This document shows, piece by piece, positions 52,601-60,750 of a stretch of 64,000 nt of DNA. Numbering within the stretch: position 1 is the first letter of the stretch; every line of letters starts with the position of its first letter. The stretch lies in assembly GCA_000092065.1 (NCBI GenBank), contig CP000594.1; one strand, 5' to 3'. Both the position numbers and the translations under genes were made by a program. Under the pieces are notes generated by a model. That model was not told the origin of the DNA. It worked only from the letters and a program-made list of their open reading frames with translations, and did not search any database. The DNA is from Ostreococcus lucimarinus (Eukaryota).

Positions 52601-55600
52601 GTCGCCGTGTGACACTTCACATCGCTGGACTGTTTCAAAGTCCATCATGTTTAGCCAATGCATGTGGCTTAGCTTCGCACCTTCGGTGAAGATTCGAGCC
52701 TGGGAGTAAAGAGGGAATTCAACACTTTTAGTGCTGACATGAAGAACATTACCATTTTGCAGATACTCGATGACACCATGCTCGTTGATGACGATAGAAA
52801 ATGTCTCTCCAGGGCTGTACGCCGAAGGAGGCTCGACAATGCGCTCGTGCCTTTGGAAGGCTGACGCATTGTGTTGGTCATTTATGTATTCGGGTGAATC
52901 ACTATCCAATGAATCAAGTGCCAAGTCTGGCGAAGTACCAAGATGTGTTGAAGGCGGTGGACCTTGAGCATCGTTCTCCGGGGTCGGGACTTGAAGTTGG
53001 CCTTCAATCCCATGTGGTGTATTCGGCTCGGGACGTCGATGTGGCTCGATTGTTTTGATGACAACTCCATCTTCAAGGAGACGCAACGTTCCGGCATCAC
53101 AGTATATCGCAAAGGACAGGTTCGTCTGCGCCGGAGCAGTAGCGGTTTCATTCGCAGCGGTTTCATTCAACTGAGCATCTTGATCACCTTGCACCATGAG
53201 TCCAAACATCATCTGTGACTTGTTGTCGGAACAATCGGCAGACACGCCTTTTTTGGTGTCATTCCAACCGCGAATTGATGAACGACTCGTTGCGAAAGCA
53301 AGTAATGAAGCTTCTTCGATGCGTTTTGCCGCCTCTTCACTCAACACGTGAGCGAGAGATCCAGGTGTAAGAGTCGCATTCTCAGGTAGAAGGAACTCAA
53401 CAGGCTCAAGGTCATCGGCACCTTCAATGATTCGGTAAACCCAGCGCGCGTTGGCCAGCTCTGCGAGGTGGTTGTGAAACGACGTGTCGGCGTAGAGCGG
53501 GAAAGAAGGCGACGTCAAGCTCGTGTACTTGAGATCGCCGTCGACGTAGAACTCAATCGCGCCCGCGTCGTTCACGATCACTTGGAAAGTCTCACCCGCG
53601 ACGAAGACGCCGGCATCGAACTTGTTCACGCCCTTCTCTTGGAATCGGACCTGATTGCCGTTGCAGAACACGGCGTAGTCGATGGTCGTTTGGCTGTGGC
53701 CCGAGGGCGTGCTCGACAAGCCAAACTGCAAGTGCCTGTTGTCGGTGCGCATGCAGTCGCCGGAAATGCCGCGAATCTCGTCGCCGACTTTCGTGATGGC
53801 GCGCGCGCTGTACGCGCCTCTTGCCCAGTTGTTCCCGCCTTGAGTACGTTTGAGGTAGCCCTGTTTGCCGTCCGTCGTCATGCCCTGCGAAAGTCCGACC
53901 CACTCGATGAGATCCAAGTCGTTCGCACCCTCGTGGACAGTCTGTATCCAGGAGACTCGAGAGAAAGACGCGCCTGCAGTGTTGAAGCGCGCGGTGGCGT
54001 AGAGCGGGAAGGCAGGCGCCTCATCAGACGTCGCAAACGCCGCGCCATCCTTGTAGTACGTGACGACGCCCGAGTCGAGCACGACCACTTGGAACGTCTC
54101 ACCGACGAAGTAATCGCCAAAGTCGCCGTCGCGCACGACGCCGTGTTCGGAGATGCGGATCACGCCGTTGTCGCACACAATGCCGAAGTCGACCACCTCG
54201 TCGACGGAGTTCGTCGAGCCAGAGTTCAAGCCAATCATCATGGACTTGTCCGTTTGGTCGCAATCCGCGGAGACGCCACGCACTTCGTCGCCGATCTTCG
54301 TGATGGCACGTTTGCTCGTGGCGCCGACGTTCCAGCCACTGCCTGCCATTGTGCGCGTCACTTGGCCCGCGGAAGACTCGACGCCTTCCGCGTCTTCAAA
54401 CTCCATGGCCGCCAAGTCGTTCGCGCCCTTGACAACCTTGTGAACCCAGCGCGCGTTGGCCAGCTCTGCGAGGTGGTTGTGAAACGACGTGTCCGCGTAG
54501 AGCGGGAAAGAAGGCGACGTCAAGCTCGTGTACTTGAGATCGCCGTCGACGTAGAACTCAATCGCGCCCGCGTCGTTCACGATCACTTGGAAAGTCTCAC
54601 CCGCGACGAAGACGCCGGCATCGAACTTGTTCACGCCCTTCTCTTGGAATCGGACCTGATTGCCGTTGCAGAACACGGCGTAGTCGATGGTCGTTTGGCT
54701 GTGGCCCGAGGGCGTGCTCGACAAGCCAAACTGCAAGTGCCTGTTGTCGGTGCGCATGCAGTCGCCGGAAATGCCGCGAATCTCGTCGCCGACTTTCGTG
54801 ATGGCGCGCGCGCTGTACGCGCCTCTTGCCCAGTTGTTCCCGCCTTGAGTACGTTTGAGGTAGCCCTGTTTGCCGTCCGTCGTCATGCCCTGCGAAAGTC
54901 CGACCCACTCGATGAGATCCAAGTCGTTCGCACCCTCGTGGACAGTCTGTATCCAGGAGACTCGAGAGAAAGACGCGCCTGCAGTGTTGAAGCGCGCGGT
55001 GGCGTAGAGCGGGAAGGCAGGCGCCTCATCAGACGTCGCAAACGCCGCGCCATCCTTGTAGTACGTGACGACGCCCGAGTCGAGCACGACCACTTGGAAC
55101 GTCTCACCGACGAAGTAATCGCCAAAGTCGCCGTCGCGCACGACGCCGTGTTCGGAGATGCGGATCACGCCGTTGTCGCACACAATGCCGAAGTCGACCA
55201 CCTCGTCGACGGAGTTCGTCGAGCCAGAGTTCAAGCCAATCATCATGGACTTGTCCGTTTGGTCGCAATCCGCGGAGACGCCACGCACTTCGTCGCCGAT
55301 CTTCGTGATGGCACGTTTGCTCGTGGCGCCGACGTTCCAGCCACTGCCTGCCATTGTGCGCGTCACTTGGCCCGCGGAAGACTCGACGCCTTCCGCGTCT
55401 TCAAACTCCATGGCCGCCAAGTCGTTCGCGCCCTTGACAACCTTGTGAACCCAGCGCGCGTTGGCGAGCTCTGCGAGGTGGTTGTGAAACGACGTGTCCG
55501 CGTAGAGCGGGAAAGAAGGCGACGTCAAGCTCGTGTACTTGAGATCGCCGTCGACGTAGAACTCAATCGCGCCCGCGTCGTTCACGATCACTTGGAAAGT

Positions 55601-56137
55601 CTCACCTGCGACGAAGACGCCGGCATCGAACTTGTTCACGCCCTTCTCTTGGAATCGGACCTGATTGCCGTTGCAGAACACGGCGTAGTCGATGGTCGTT
55701 TGGCTGTGGCCCAAGGGCGTGCTCGACAAGCCAAACTGCAAGTGCCTGTTGTCGGTGCGCATGCAGTCGCCGGAAATGCCGCGAATCTCGTCGCCAACTT
55801 TCGTGATGGCGCGCGCGCTGTACGCGCCTCTTGCCCAGTTGTTCCCGCCTTGAGTACGTTTGAGGTAGCCCTGTTTGCCGTCCGTCGTCATGCCCTGCGA
55901 AAGTCCGACCCACTCGATGAGATCCAAGTCGTTCGCGCTTTCCACGGTCCCTTGTCTCGCCACCGTGCGCACGATCGTCGGTCTCTCTCCTAACCCGACG
56001 CCCAGCGCGCTCAGCGCCAGCCCCGCGCACGCCGCCCGCGCGCCCCATCGCCAGATTCCACCGGAAACCTCCTCGCGACGCCTCTCCGACCGCAACAACG
56101 GCGTCGCCTCATCCCTCGACGTCCACCTCGCCGCCAT
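49640..56137 (-). CDS. Giant membrane-anchored protein of about 12 tandem SPRY-like domains (2165 aa, single exon)
   Basis: Uninterrupted 6.5-kb ORF; the first ATG is MAARW at 56137. N-terminal hydrophobic anchor AACAGLALSALGVGLG. Each module of about 165 aa carries SPRY hallmarks (W..GA.S.RAITK.GDE.RG.S.DC...GETFQVVVLDSGVVTYYKDGAAF...PAFPLYATARF). Modules alternate A/B in a 335-aa supermodule. There are two diverged central modules. Confidence 0.7.
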   Translation of the reverse strand: MAARWTSRDEATPLLRSERRREEVSGGIWRWGARAACAGLALSALGVGLGERPTIVRTVARQGTVESANDLDLIEWVGLSQGMTTDGKQGYLKRTQGGNNWARGAYSARAITKVGDEIRGISGDCMRTDNRHLQFGLSSTPLGHSQTTIDYAVFCNGNQVRFQEKGVNKFDAGVFVAGETFQVIVNDAGAIEFYVDGDLKYTSLTSPSFPLYADTSFHNHLAELANARWVHKVVKGANDLAAMEFEDAEGVESSAGQVTRTMAGSGWNVGATSKRAITKIGDEVRGVSADCDQTDKSMMIGLNSGSTNSVDEVVDFGIVCDNGVIRISEHGVVRDGDFGDYFVGETFQVVVLDSGVVTYYKDGAAFATSDEAPAFPLYATARFNTAGASFSRVSWIQTVHEGANDLDLIEWVGLSQGMTTDGKQGYLKRTQGGNNWARGAYSARAITKVGDEIRGISGDCMRTDNRHLQFGLSSTPSGHSQTTIDYAVFCNGNQVRFQEKGVNKFDAGVFVAGETFQVIVNDAGAIEFYVDGDLKYTSLTSPSFPLYADTSFHNHLAELANARWVHKVVKGANDLAAMEFEDAEGVESSAGQVTRTMAGSGWNVGATSKRAITKIGDEVRGVSADCDQTDKSMMIGLNSGSTNSVDEVVDFGIVCDNGVIRISEHGVVRDGDFGDYFVGETFQVVVLDSGVVTYYKDGAAFATSDEAPAFPLYATARFNTAGASFSRVSWIQTVHEGANDLDLIEWVGLSQGMTTDGKQGYLKRTQGGNNWARGAYSARAITKVGDEIRGISGDCMRTDNRHLQFGLSSTPSGHSQTTIDYAVFCNGNQVRFQEKGVNKFDAGVFVAGETFQVIVNDAGAIEFYVDGDLKYTSLTSPSFPLYADTSFHNHLAELANARWVYRIIEGADDLEPVEFLLPENATLTPGSLAHVLSEEAAKRIEEASLLAFATSRSSIRGWNDTKKGVSADCSDNKSQMMFGLMVQGDQDAQLNETAANETATAPAQTNLSFAIYCDAGTLRLLEDGVVIKTIEPHRRPEPNTPHGIEGQLQVPTPENDAQGPPPSTHLGTSPDLALDSLDSDSPEYINDQHNASAFQRHERIVEPPSAYSPGETFSIVINEHGVIEYLQNGNVLHVSTKSVEFPLYSQARIFTEGAKLSHMHWLNMMDFETVQRCEVSHGDVYLPVTPEKMDIVRSTSKRAVTKIYDEVRGISADCSDTTTKMIFGLSSAHYTPSDGDAIEYAVGCNAGTMEVYEDGELMATIGTYLAGETFQVAFNDEGIVHYYKEGHSVYNSSREPIFPLFADGYVDEGGGHLENVKWIKVVHKGSRDLDLIEWVGLSQGMTTDGKQGYLKRTQGGNNWARGAYSARAITKVGDEVRGISGDCMRTDNRHLQFGLSSTPSGHSQTTIDYAVFCNGNQVRFQEKGVNKFDAGVFVAGETFQVIVNDAGAIEFYVDGDLKYTSLTSPSFPLYADTSFHNHLAELANARWVHKVVKGANDLAAMEFEDAEGVESSAGQVTRTMAGSGWNVGATSKRAITKIGDEVRGVSADCDQTDKSMMIGLNSGSTNSVDEVVDFGIVCDNGVIRISEHGVVRDGDFGDYFVGETFQVVVLDSGVVTYYKDGAAFATSDEAPAFPLYATARFNTAGASFSRVSWIQTVHEGANDLDLIEWVGLSQGMTTDGKQGYLKRTQGGNNWARGAYSARAITKVGDEIRGISGDCMRTDNRHLQFGLSSTPSGHSQTTIDYAVFCNGNQVRFQEKGVNKFDAGVFVAGETFQVIVNDAGAIEFYVDGDLKYTSLTSPSFPLYADTSFHNHLAELANARWVHKVVKGANDLAAMEFEDAEGVESSAGQVTRTMAGSGWNVGATSKRAITKIGDEVRGVSADCDQTDKSMMIGLNSGSTNSVDEVVDFGIVCDNGVIRISEHGVVRDGDFGDYFVGETFQVVVLDSGVVTYYKDGAAFATSDEAPAFPLYATARFNTAGASFSRVSWIQTVHEGANDLDLIEWVGLSQGMTTDGKQGYLKRTQGGNNWARGAYSARAITKVGDEIRGISGDCMRTDNRHLQFGLSSTPSGHSQTTIDYAVFCNGNQVRFQEKGVNKFDAGVFVAGETFQVIVNDAGAIEFYVDGDLKYTSLTSPSFPLYADTSFHNHLAELANARWISAVPTPA
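49650..52165. repeat. Tandem array of near-identical 1005-bp units (about 2.5 copies), 3' block of the SPRY gene
   Basis: Sub-ORFs repeat at exact 1005-bp offsets (49694/50699/51704; 49818/50823/51828) with identical translations. GC is about 65%. Confidence 0.9.
53430..55990. repeat. Tandem array of near-identical 1005-bp units (about 2.5 copies), 5' block of the SPRY gene; same unit as 49650-52165
   Basis: Offsets 53468/54473/55478 and 53592/54597/55602. Translations are identical to the 3' block units. Confidence 0.9.
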
Positions 56138-56393
56138 CGTCGCGCCCGTCTCCCTCACGCGCGCGCGAAATCGATTCAACACCTCCTCACGGCACCGCAA
56201 ACGTCACGAGTCGACGCGCGTCGCCTCGTTCTTTCGCGCGCGCTCGCACCGCGTGGGTCCCGAGACCGGTCGCGCGAGTTATTTCTCCGCCCCGCTCACT
56301 CGCTCGTTCGACGCGCGCCTCGCCGTCGCGGCCGCGCGTCGCTGAATGCCGCGCGCGCCCGGTCCGCGCTGATTGTGCTGACTCGTCAAAGGT

Positions 56394-56477
56394 GTTACGC
56401 GAGTGGGTCGTCGCTTGAGTCATGAACCCTCGATGGTTACGCGAGTGGGTCGTCGCTTGAGTCATGAACCCTCGATG
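56394..56477. repeat. Perfect 42-bp tandem duplication in the SPRY / glucosidase-II-beta divergent region; each copy carries an ATG
   Basis: GTTACGCGAGTGGGTCGTCGCTTGAGTCATGAACCCTCGATG x2. Copy 1's ATG opens a 12-codon uORF (MNPRWLREWVVA*). Copy 2's ATG (56464) is in frame with the downstream gene. Confidence 0.85.
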
Positions 56478-56541
56478 GTTGATTTGTTTCGCCTTTTCGG
56501 TCGTGGCACACGAACCGCACTTCGCGACGCCTCGACCGACG

Positions 56542-58053
56542 ATGCGGCGTCGCGCGCGCGCGACGCTTCGCGCGGCGTGCGTCGCGTGCGTCCTGTCCGC
56601 GACCGTCGTCGCCGCGTCGACGATGCGCGCCGACGCGCGACGCGCGGCGCGGCGAGGCGTCGACCCGATGGCGATCGCATCGTACGACGTCGAGACGTTT
56701 CGCTGCGACGACGGCGCGACGACGCTCGCGATCGCGCGCGTGAACGATGATTATTGCGATTGCGCGGACGGGTCGGACGAACCGGGGACGAGCGCGTGCG
56801 CGGGTCGAGGGCTGGGGAGGGATTCGTTTTACTGTCGAAACCTCGGGGCGACGCCGCGCGCGGTGCCGAGTTCGCGAGTGGACGACGGCGTGTGCGATTG
56901 CTGCGACGGTAGCGACGAAGCGCACGGGAGAAAGGGGACGGTGTGTGAGAACACGTGCACTAGCGAGGCGCGGGCGAGGCGAGAGACGTTGATGGCGACG
57001 CTGGCGGAGCACACAAGAGGGGCGAAGGCACGCGGGAAGGCGGCGGGCAAGGCGAACGGAAAGCGAGAGGGCTGGATTAGGGAGCGCGCGGCGTTGGAGA
57101 GGGAGATGAGCGGGAAGAGGGAGCGTGTTGAGGCGTTGAGAGTCGAGGCGGAGGCGGCGGAAGAGGAAGAGCGGAAGATTCGCGAGGAGAAGGAGGCGGA
57201 GGAAGCCGAGGCGAAGGAGAAAATCGCGGCGGACGCGGTCAAAGCCGAGGATGCCGAGAACGACGCAGGCGCGGCGGAACGAGACGTGGAAAATTCTAAC
57301 GTCGACGAACCGGAAGCTCCAGCAGAGGAGACGGATGAGGAGCGCGGCAAACGCATCGCGAGTCAGTGGATCTCAAACGACGAGAAGAGCGCTGACGACT
57401 CTTCGGCGAGCGAAGAAGAAAAAGTCGCCGCCGAGGGCGCTGTTGAGAGCGACGACTTTATGAGACCCCCTCGCAAGGTTGGTTCGTTCTTTAAACGCTT
57501 GCGGGACGTCGTGCGTCGACCTCGCGACGCCGTACTCGCGTCGCAGGCAAAGTCAAAGCGAGACGCGTACGACGTCGAGCGGCGCGCGCTGGAGGCCAAC
57601 GACGATAAACTCAGAGAGCTGCGAGAAAACATCGATCGCGATTACGGCCCGGACGACGCTCTTATTTCGTTACAAGGTTTGTGTTTCGATCAGAAGATAG
57701 AAAAGTACGTGTACAAGGCGTGCCCGTTTGGTGAGGCCAAACAAGACAACACGCAACTTGGACGAAACTCTGAAGGCGTCCGAATCGACGCCGACGGTAA
57801 GACGATGACTCTGAAATTCGCAGACGGCGACGCGTGTTGGAACGGTCCGAAGCGCTCGCTCACGCTCACCCTCAAATGTGGCGACAAAGAGCGCTTAGCC
57901 GCGATCGAAGAACCGTCTCGATGCGAATACGTCGGCGTCTTCTACGCCCCCGCGGCGTGCGACGACGCCTCCGTCTTCGCCTTGGAGCGCGAGCTCAGCG
58001 ATCTCGACCGCATCCTCGCGGCGTCTTCCATCTCACCGCGCGACGAATTGTAA
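56542..58053 (+). CDS. Glucosidase II beta subunit (PRKCSH-like) with MRH domain and C-terminal RDEL
   Basis: Signal peptide MRRRARATLRAACVACVLSATVVAAS. Motifs FRCDDGATTLAIARVNDDYCDCADGSDEPGTSAC and DGVCDCCDGSDE. C-terminal MRH domain KYVYKACPFGEAKQDN...LKCGDKE...CEYVGVFYAPAAC. Ends ...RDEL. The alternative in-frame ATG at 56464 would bury the signal peptide. Confidence 0.85.
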   Translation: MRRRARATLRAACVACVLSATVVAASTMRADARRAARRGVDPMAIASYDVETFRCDDGATTLAIARVNDDYCDCADGSDEPGTSACAGRGLGRDSFYCRNLGATPRAVPSSRVDDGVCDCCDGSDEAHGRKGTVCENTCTSEARARRETLMATLAEHTRGAKARGKAAGKANGKREGWIRERAALEREMSGKRERVEALRVEAEAAEEEERKIREEKEAEEAEAKEKIAADAVKAEDAENDAGAAERDVENSNVDEPEAPAEETDEERGKRIASQWISNDEKSADDSSASEEEKVAAEGAVESDDFMRPPRKVGSFFKRLRDVVRRPRDAVLASQAKSKRDAYDVERRALEANDDKLRELRENIDRDYGPDDALISLQGLCFDQKIEKYVYKACPFGEAKQDNTQLGRNSEGVRIDADGKTMTLKFADGDACWNGPKRSLTLTLKCGDKERLAAIEEPSRCEYVGVFYAPAACDDASVFALERELSDLDRILAASSISPRDEL

Positions 58054-58079
58054 TCCACGCGTTCGTCGTCCCCGCTCGA

Positions 58080-58265
58080 TCACACGTCGAACCCCTCCGC
58101 GCGCAAACACTTCAGGTGTTGCTCAATCTTCTCCCTGCACGCCCCGTCCTCGTCCGCCCCGTGCGTCACCACGCACTCGTCCCGCGCGCGCTTCGTCTCC
58201 GGACACGCGCAGCATATTTTCTTCGGCTTTTCTTTCGTCTCCGCTTTGCTCGCCGCGCCTCCCAT
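58080..58265 (-). CDS. COX17: Cytochrome c oxidase copper chaperone COX17
   Basis: MGGAASKAETKEKPKKICCACPETKRARDECVVTHGADEDGACREKIEQHLKCLRAEGFDV, with the KPKKICCAC copper site and twin Cx9C. Confidence 0.9.
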   Translation of the reverse strand: MGGAASKAETKEKPKKICCACPETKRARDECVVTHGADEDGACREKIEQHLKCLRAEGFDV

Positions 58266-58318
58266 CGCGCGCGTCGGAATTTGACGTCACTCCTGGTCCG
58301 CGCGCGCGTCTCGCCGCC

Positions 58319-59974
58319 ATGTCGCGCGTCGCGACGCCCGCGCCGCGCGCGCCGCTTCGCTCGACGCGCGCCTCGCGATGCGCGCGCGCGCGTCGTCCCT
58401 CTCGCGCGACGACGACGCGATGCGCGCCCGCGCGCGACGCGACGACGCGTTCGATGACGCGCGGGCGACGCGCGGGCGCGCTCGCGCCGGCGCCGATGAC
58501 GCGCGCGGGCGCGGCGACGCGGCGACGCGCGCTGCAGACGACGGAGGACACGCCCGTGAGCGCGGAGGCGAGGGCGGAGGCGTACGATTGGCGCGCGCAC
58601 TGGTACCCGGCGGCGTACGTCGCCGACGTGGAGAAGGACGCGCCGCTGACGTTTACGCTCCTGGGCGAACCGCTGGTGTTCTGGCGGGACAAGAGCGGCG
58701 AGATGCGCTGCGTCGCGGATAGGTGCCCGCACAGGTTGGTACCGCTGAGCGAAGGACGCGTCAACGAGACGGGTGAGCTCGAGTGCGGGTATCACGGGTG
58801 GACGTTTACGGGAGAGGGTAAGTGCACGTCCATTCCGCAAATCGAGCAAGGGACGGGTTTGGAGACGGCTTTGAAGTCTCCGAGATCGTGCGTCGCGGCG
58901 TACCCGACGAAAGAGGCGCAAGGCATGCTTTGGGTGTATCCGACCTCGATGGATAAAGCGCCGGCGACGCTGCCAGATTTGCCGCTAATCCCAGAGTACG
59001 ACGACCCGGAGTGCGTGTGTCAAGACATCTTTCGGGATCTTCCCATGGATTGGGCGACTTTGCTTGAAAACGTCATGGATGTTAGTCATGTGCCGTTTAC
59101 GCATCACAACAGCGTTGGTAAGCGAGAAAATGCGACGCCAGTGAATTTGGAATTGGCGAGCGCCGCGGGCGTCACGGCGAACGGATTCGAAGGGATATGG
59201 AAGGAAGGTCCGAGGAAAGGTAAATATGGGTCTCAATACACCGAGTTCAAAGCACCGACGTTAATGCGCCACACGCTCAAGACGGAGGCTTTCACGACGC
59301 TCACCGTCGTGTACGCGGTGCCGACGACACCCGGCCGATGCCGACTTATGGCGCGATTTCCATTCATCTTCAAATCGGCGTTGCCGCGATTCTTTTTCGG
59401 TCTTTACCCGCAATGGTTCTCGCACACGAATCAAAATGCAATTTTAGAGGATGACCAAATCTTCTTGCACAAGCAAGAGCGATTGATCGAGGTTGAGCAA
59501 AAAGAAGGCAAGTCATACGCGCAGTCGTGCTACATGCCCACCAAGGCAGACGTCTACGTTTCGGCGTTCCGCAAGTGGATTGTCGACGTCGCCGGCGGCG
59601 GTCCAGCGTGGCCGAAGGATATGCCCACTGATTTGCCACCGCAAGAAACCACGCGCGAGGCTTTGCTCGATCGCTACCATTCGCACACGATAAACTGCAA
59701 GTCGTGCGCCAGCGCTTTGGCGAAAATCGGCAAGGCGCGAAAGGCGCTTCGCGTGCTCACCTTTGTCGCTCTCGCCGCTGCCGTGGCGACTTTTGCGCGA
59801 GCAGTACCGTTGAAGTACACGATCGCCTTGTCGGTACTATCCGCCGCGTGCGCTTTGGTTCGCGAGAAACTCGGCGCGTTTGCCGCGAAGATGAAAATCG
59901 GGCCGTATCCGCCACCGCGCAGACCGCCATCCATGATGGAGGCAGCGTTGCAACAAGCGCGAATCGCGTTTTAA
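58319..59974 (+). CDS. Rieske [2Fe-2S] non-heme iron oxygenase of the PAO/TIC55/PTC52 family, plastid-targeted
   Basis: Rieske CPHRLVPLSEGR...ECGYHGWTF. PAO-type mononuclear iron region. C-terminal TM (LRVLTFVALAAAVATFA). Ser/Thr/Arg-rich transit-peptide-like N-terminus. It lies divergent from COX17 by 53 bp. Confidence 0.75.
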   Translation: MSRVATPAPRAPLRSTRASRCARARRPSRATTTRCAPARDATTRSMTRGRRAGALAPAPMTRAGAATRRRALQTTEDTPVSAEARAEAYDWRAHWYPAAYVADVEKDAPLTFTLLGEPLVFWRDKSGEMRCVADRCPHRLVPLSEGRVNETGELECGYHGWTFTGEGKCTSIPQIEQGTGLETALKSPRSCVAAYPTKEAQGMLWVYPTSMDKAPATLPDLPLIPEYDDPECVCQDIFRDLPMDWATLLENVMDVSHVPFTHHNSVGKRENATPVNLELASAAGVTANGFEGIWKEGPRKGKYGSQYTEFKAPTLMRHTLKTEAFTTLTVVYAVPTTPGRCRLMARFPFIFKSALPRFFFGLYPQWFSHTNQNAILEDDQIFLHKQERLIEVEQKEGKSYAQSCYMPTKADVYVSAFRKWIVDVAGGGPAWPKDMPTDLPPQETTREALLDRYHSHTINCKSCASALAKIGKARKALRVLTFVALAAAVATFARAVPLKYTIALSVLSAACALVREKLGAFAAKMKIGPYPPPRRPPSMMEAALQQARIAF

Positions 59975-60068
59975 TCAGGCGTTTTAATCAGGCGATTCAG
60001 TTAGTATATTCATGATTACAACCATTTTTACGCTCATCTCTCATCGTCATCGAACAGTCACGACGATA

Positions 60069-60628
60069 TTACGAAAACGCGAGCGTCTTCGACCCCGATT
60101 CCAGACACGCCGAACATCTCCAGGAGACGCTCCTTGAGAGGCGCGAGAGCAATCCAGCCTTTTTTGCGCATCTCGCGTGCACGAAGCGTTCGCATGCGCG
60201 ACAGCGCAGCCAGGGATTAATTAATTCGAACGAGCGATGTTCGATGCGCACGTCAAGATGGGTTTCACACAGCGCGCACGCTTGTTCGTTCAAGACGAGA
60301 CGAGAACGCGCGCGCGTGCGCGCGCGCGTGCCCAACGCCGCCGGCGCGGATCTCGGCACGAATAATTTCTCCAGCGACATCTCGAATGTGGGCTCGTCGT
60401 AACGCGTGTTGAACATCTCCGTGAGCACGCGCGCTCGCGCGGTCTCGAACGCGTCCGCCGCGAGTTGTTCCGCGCAAACTCGTCTCTGCGGCGCAGTGAG
60501 TGAAAATTCAAATTTGAACGAAACTTTTGACGTACCTTGAGCGTTTCTGGCGTGCGCGCGCGTCGAACGAGCTCGATTTCGAAGTGTTTTGTCGTTTTTC
60601 GTTGCGCTCTATCCTTTTTGGGCGGCAT
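60069..60628 (-). CDS. Small Cys-rich (zinc-finger-like) protein; two exons, join(60536..60628,60069..60485) on the minus strand
   Basis: Exon 1 encodes MPPKKDRAQRKTTKHFEIELVRRARTPETLK. The 50-nt intron (GTACGT...CCGCAG) is 60486..60535. Exon 2 continues in frame RRVCAEQLAADAFETARARVLTEMFNTRYDEPTFE...CALCETH...CRACERFVHARCAKK...CSACLESG. Confidence 0.5.
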
Positions 60629-60750
60629 GAGACGGTGAAGAGGCGACGAATGAAGTCTGTTGTGTTGTCAAAGCGTCGAGGCGAGTCGATGTTCTATCAT
60701 CATTGTAGACGTCTATCATTGTAGGCTATCATCGTTGTAGACGCTTCTTG

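Noticed and set aside
49650-55990. Tandem direct repeats considered as a possible CRISPR-like array or transposon
   Set aside because: The units are 1005 bp, contiguous and protein-coding in one frame with no spacers. The genomic context is eukaryotic (telomere, spliceosomal introns). No transposase, RT or integrase ORFs, terminal inverted repeats or target-site duplications were seen anywhere in the window.
49694-55993. Very long antisense ORFs (822 aa at 49694-52162 and 841 aa at 53468-55993) opposite the SPRY repeat gene
   Set aside because: The translations are Arg/Val/Ala-rich low-complexity (VVKRRVRVERERRRRQARVLE...) and repeat only because the DNA repeats. The sense strand encodes well-formed SPRY domains. 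GC-rich codon bias suppresses stops on the antisense strand.
56464-56541. Upstream in-frame ATG at 56464 as the true start of glucosidase II beta
   Set aside because: It would place the classic signal peptide (MRRRARATLRAACVACVLSATVVAAS) 26 residues internal. The ATG lies inside a recent perfect 42-bp duplication, and its duplicate copy makes a uORF. The 56542 start is favoured.
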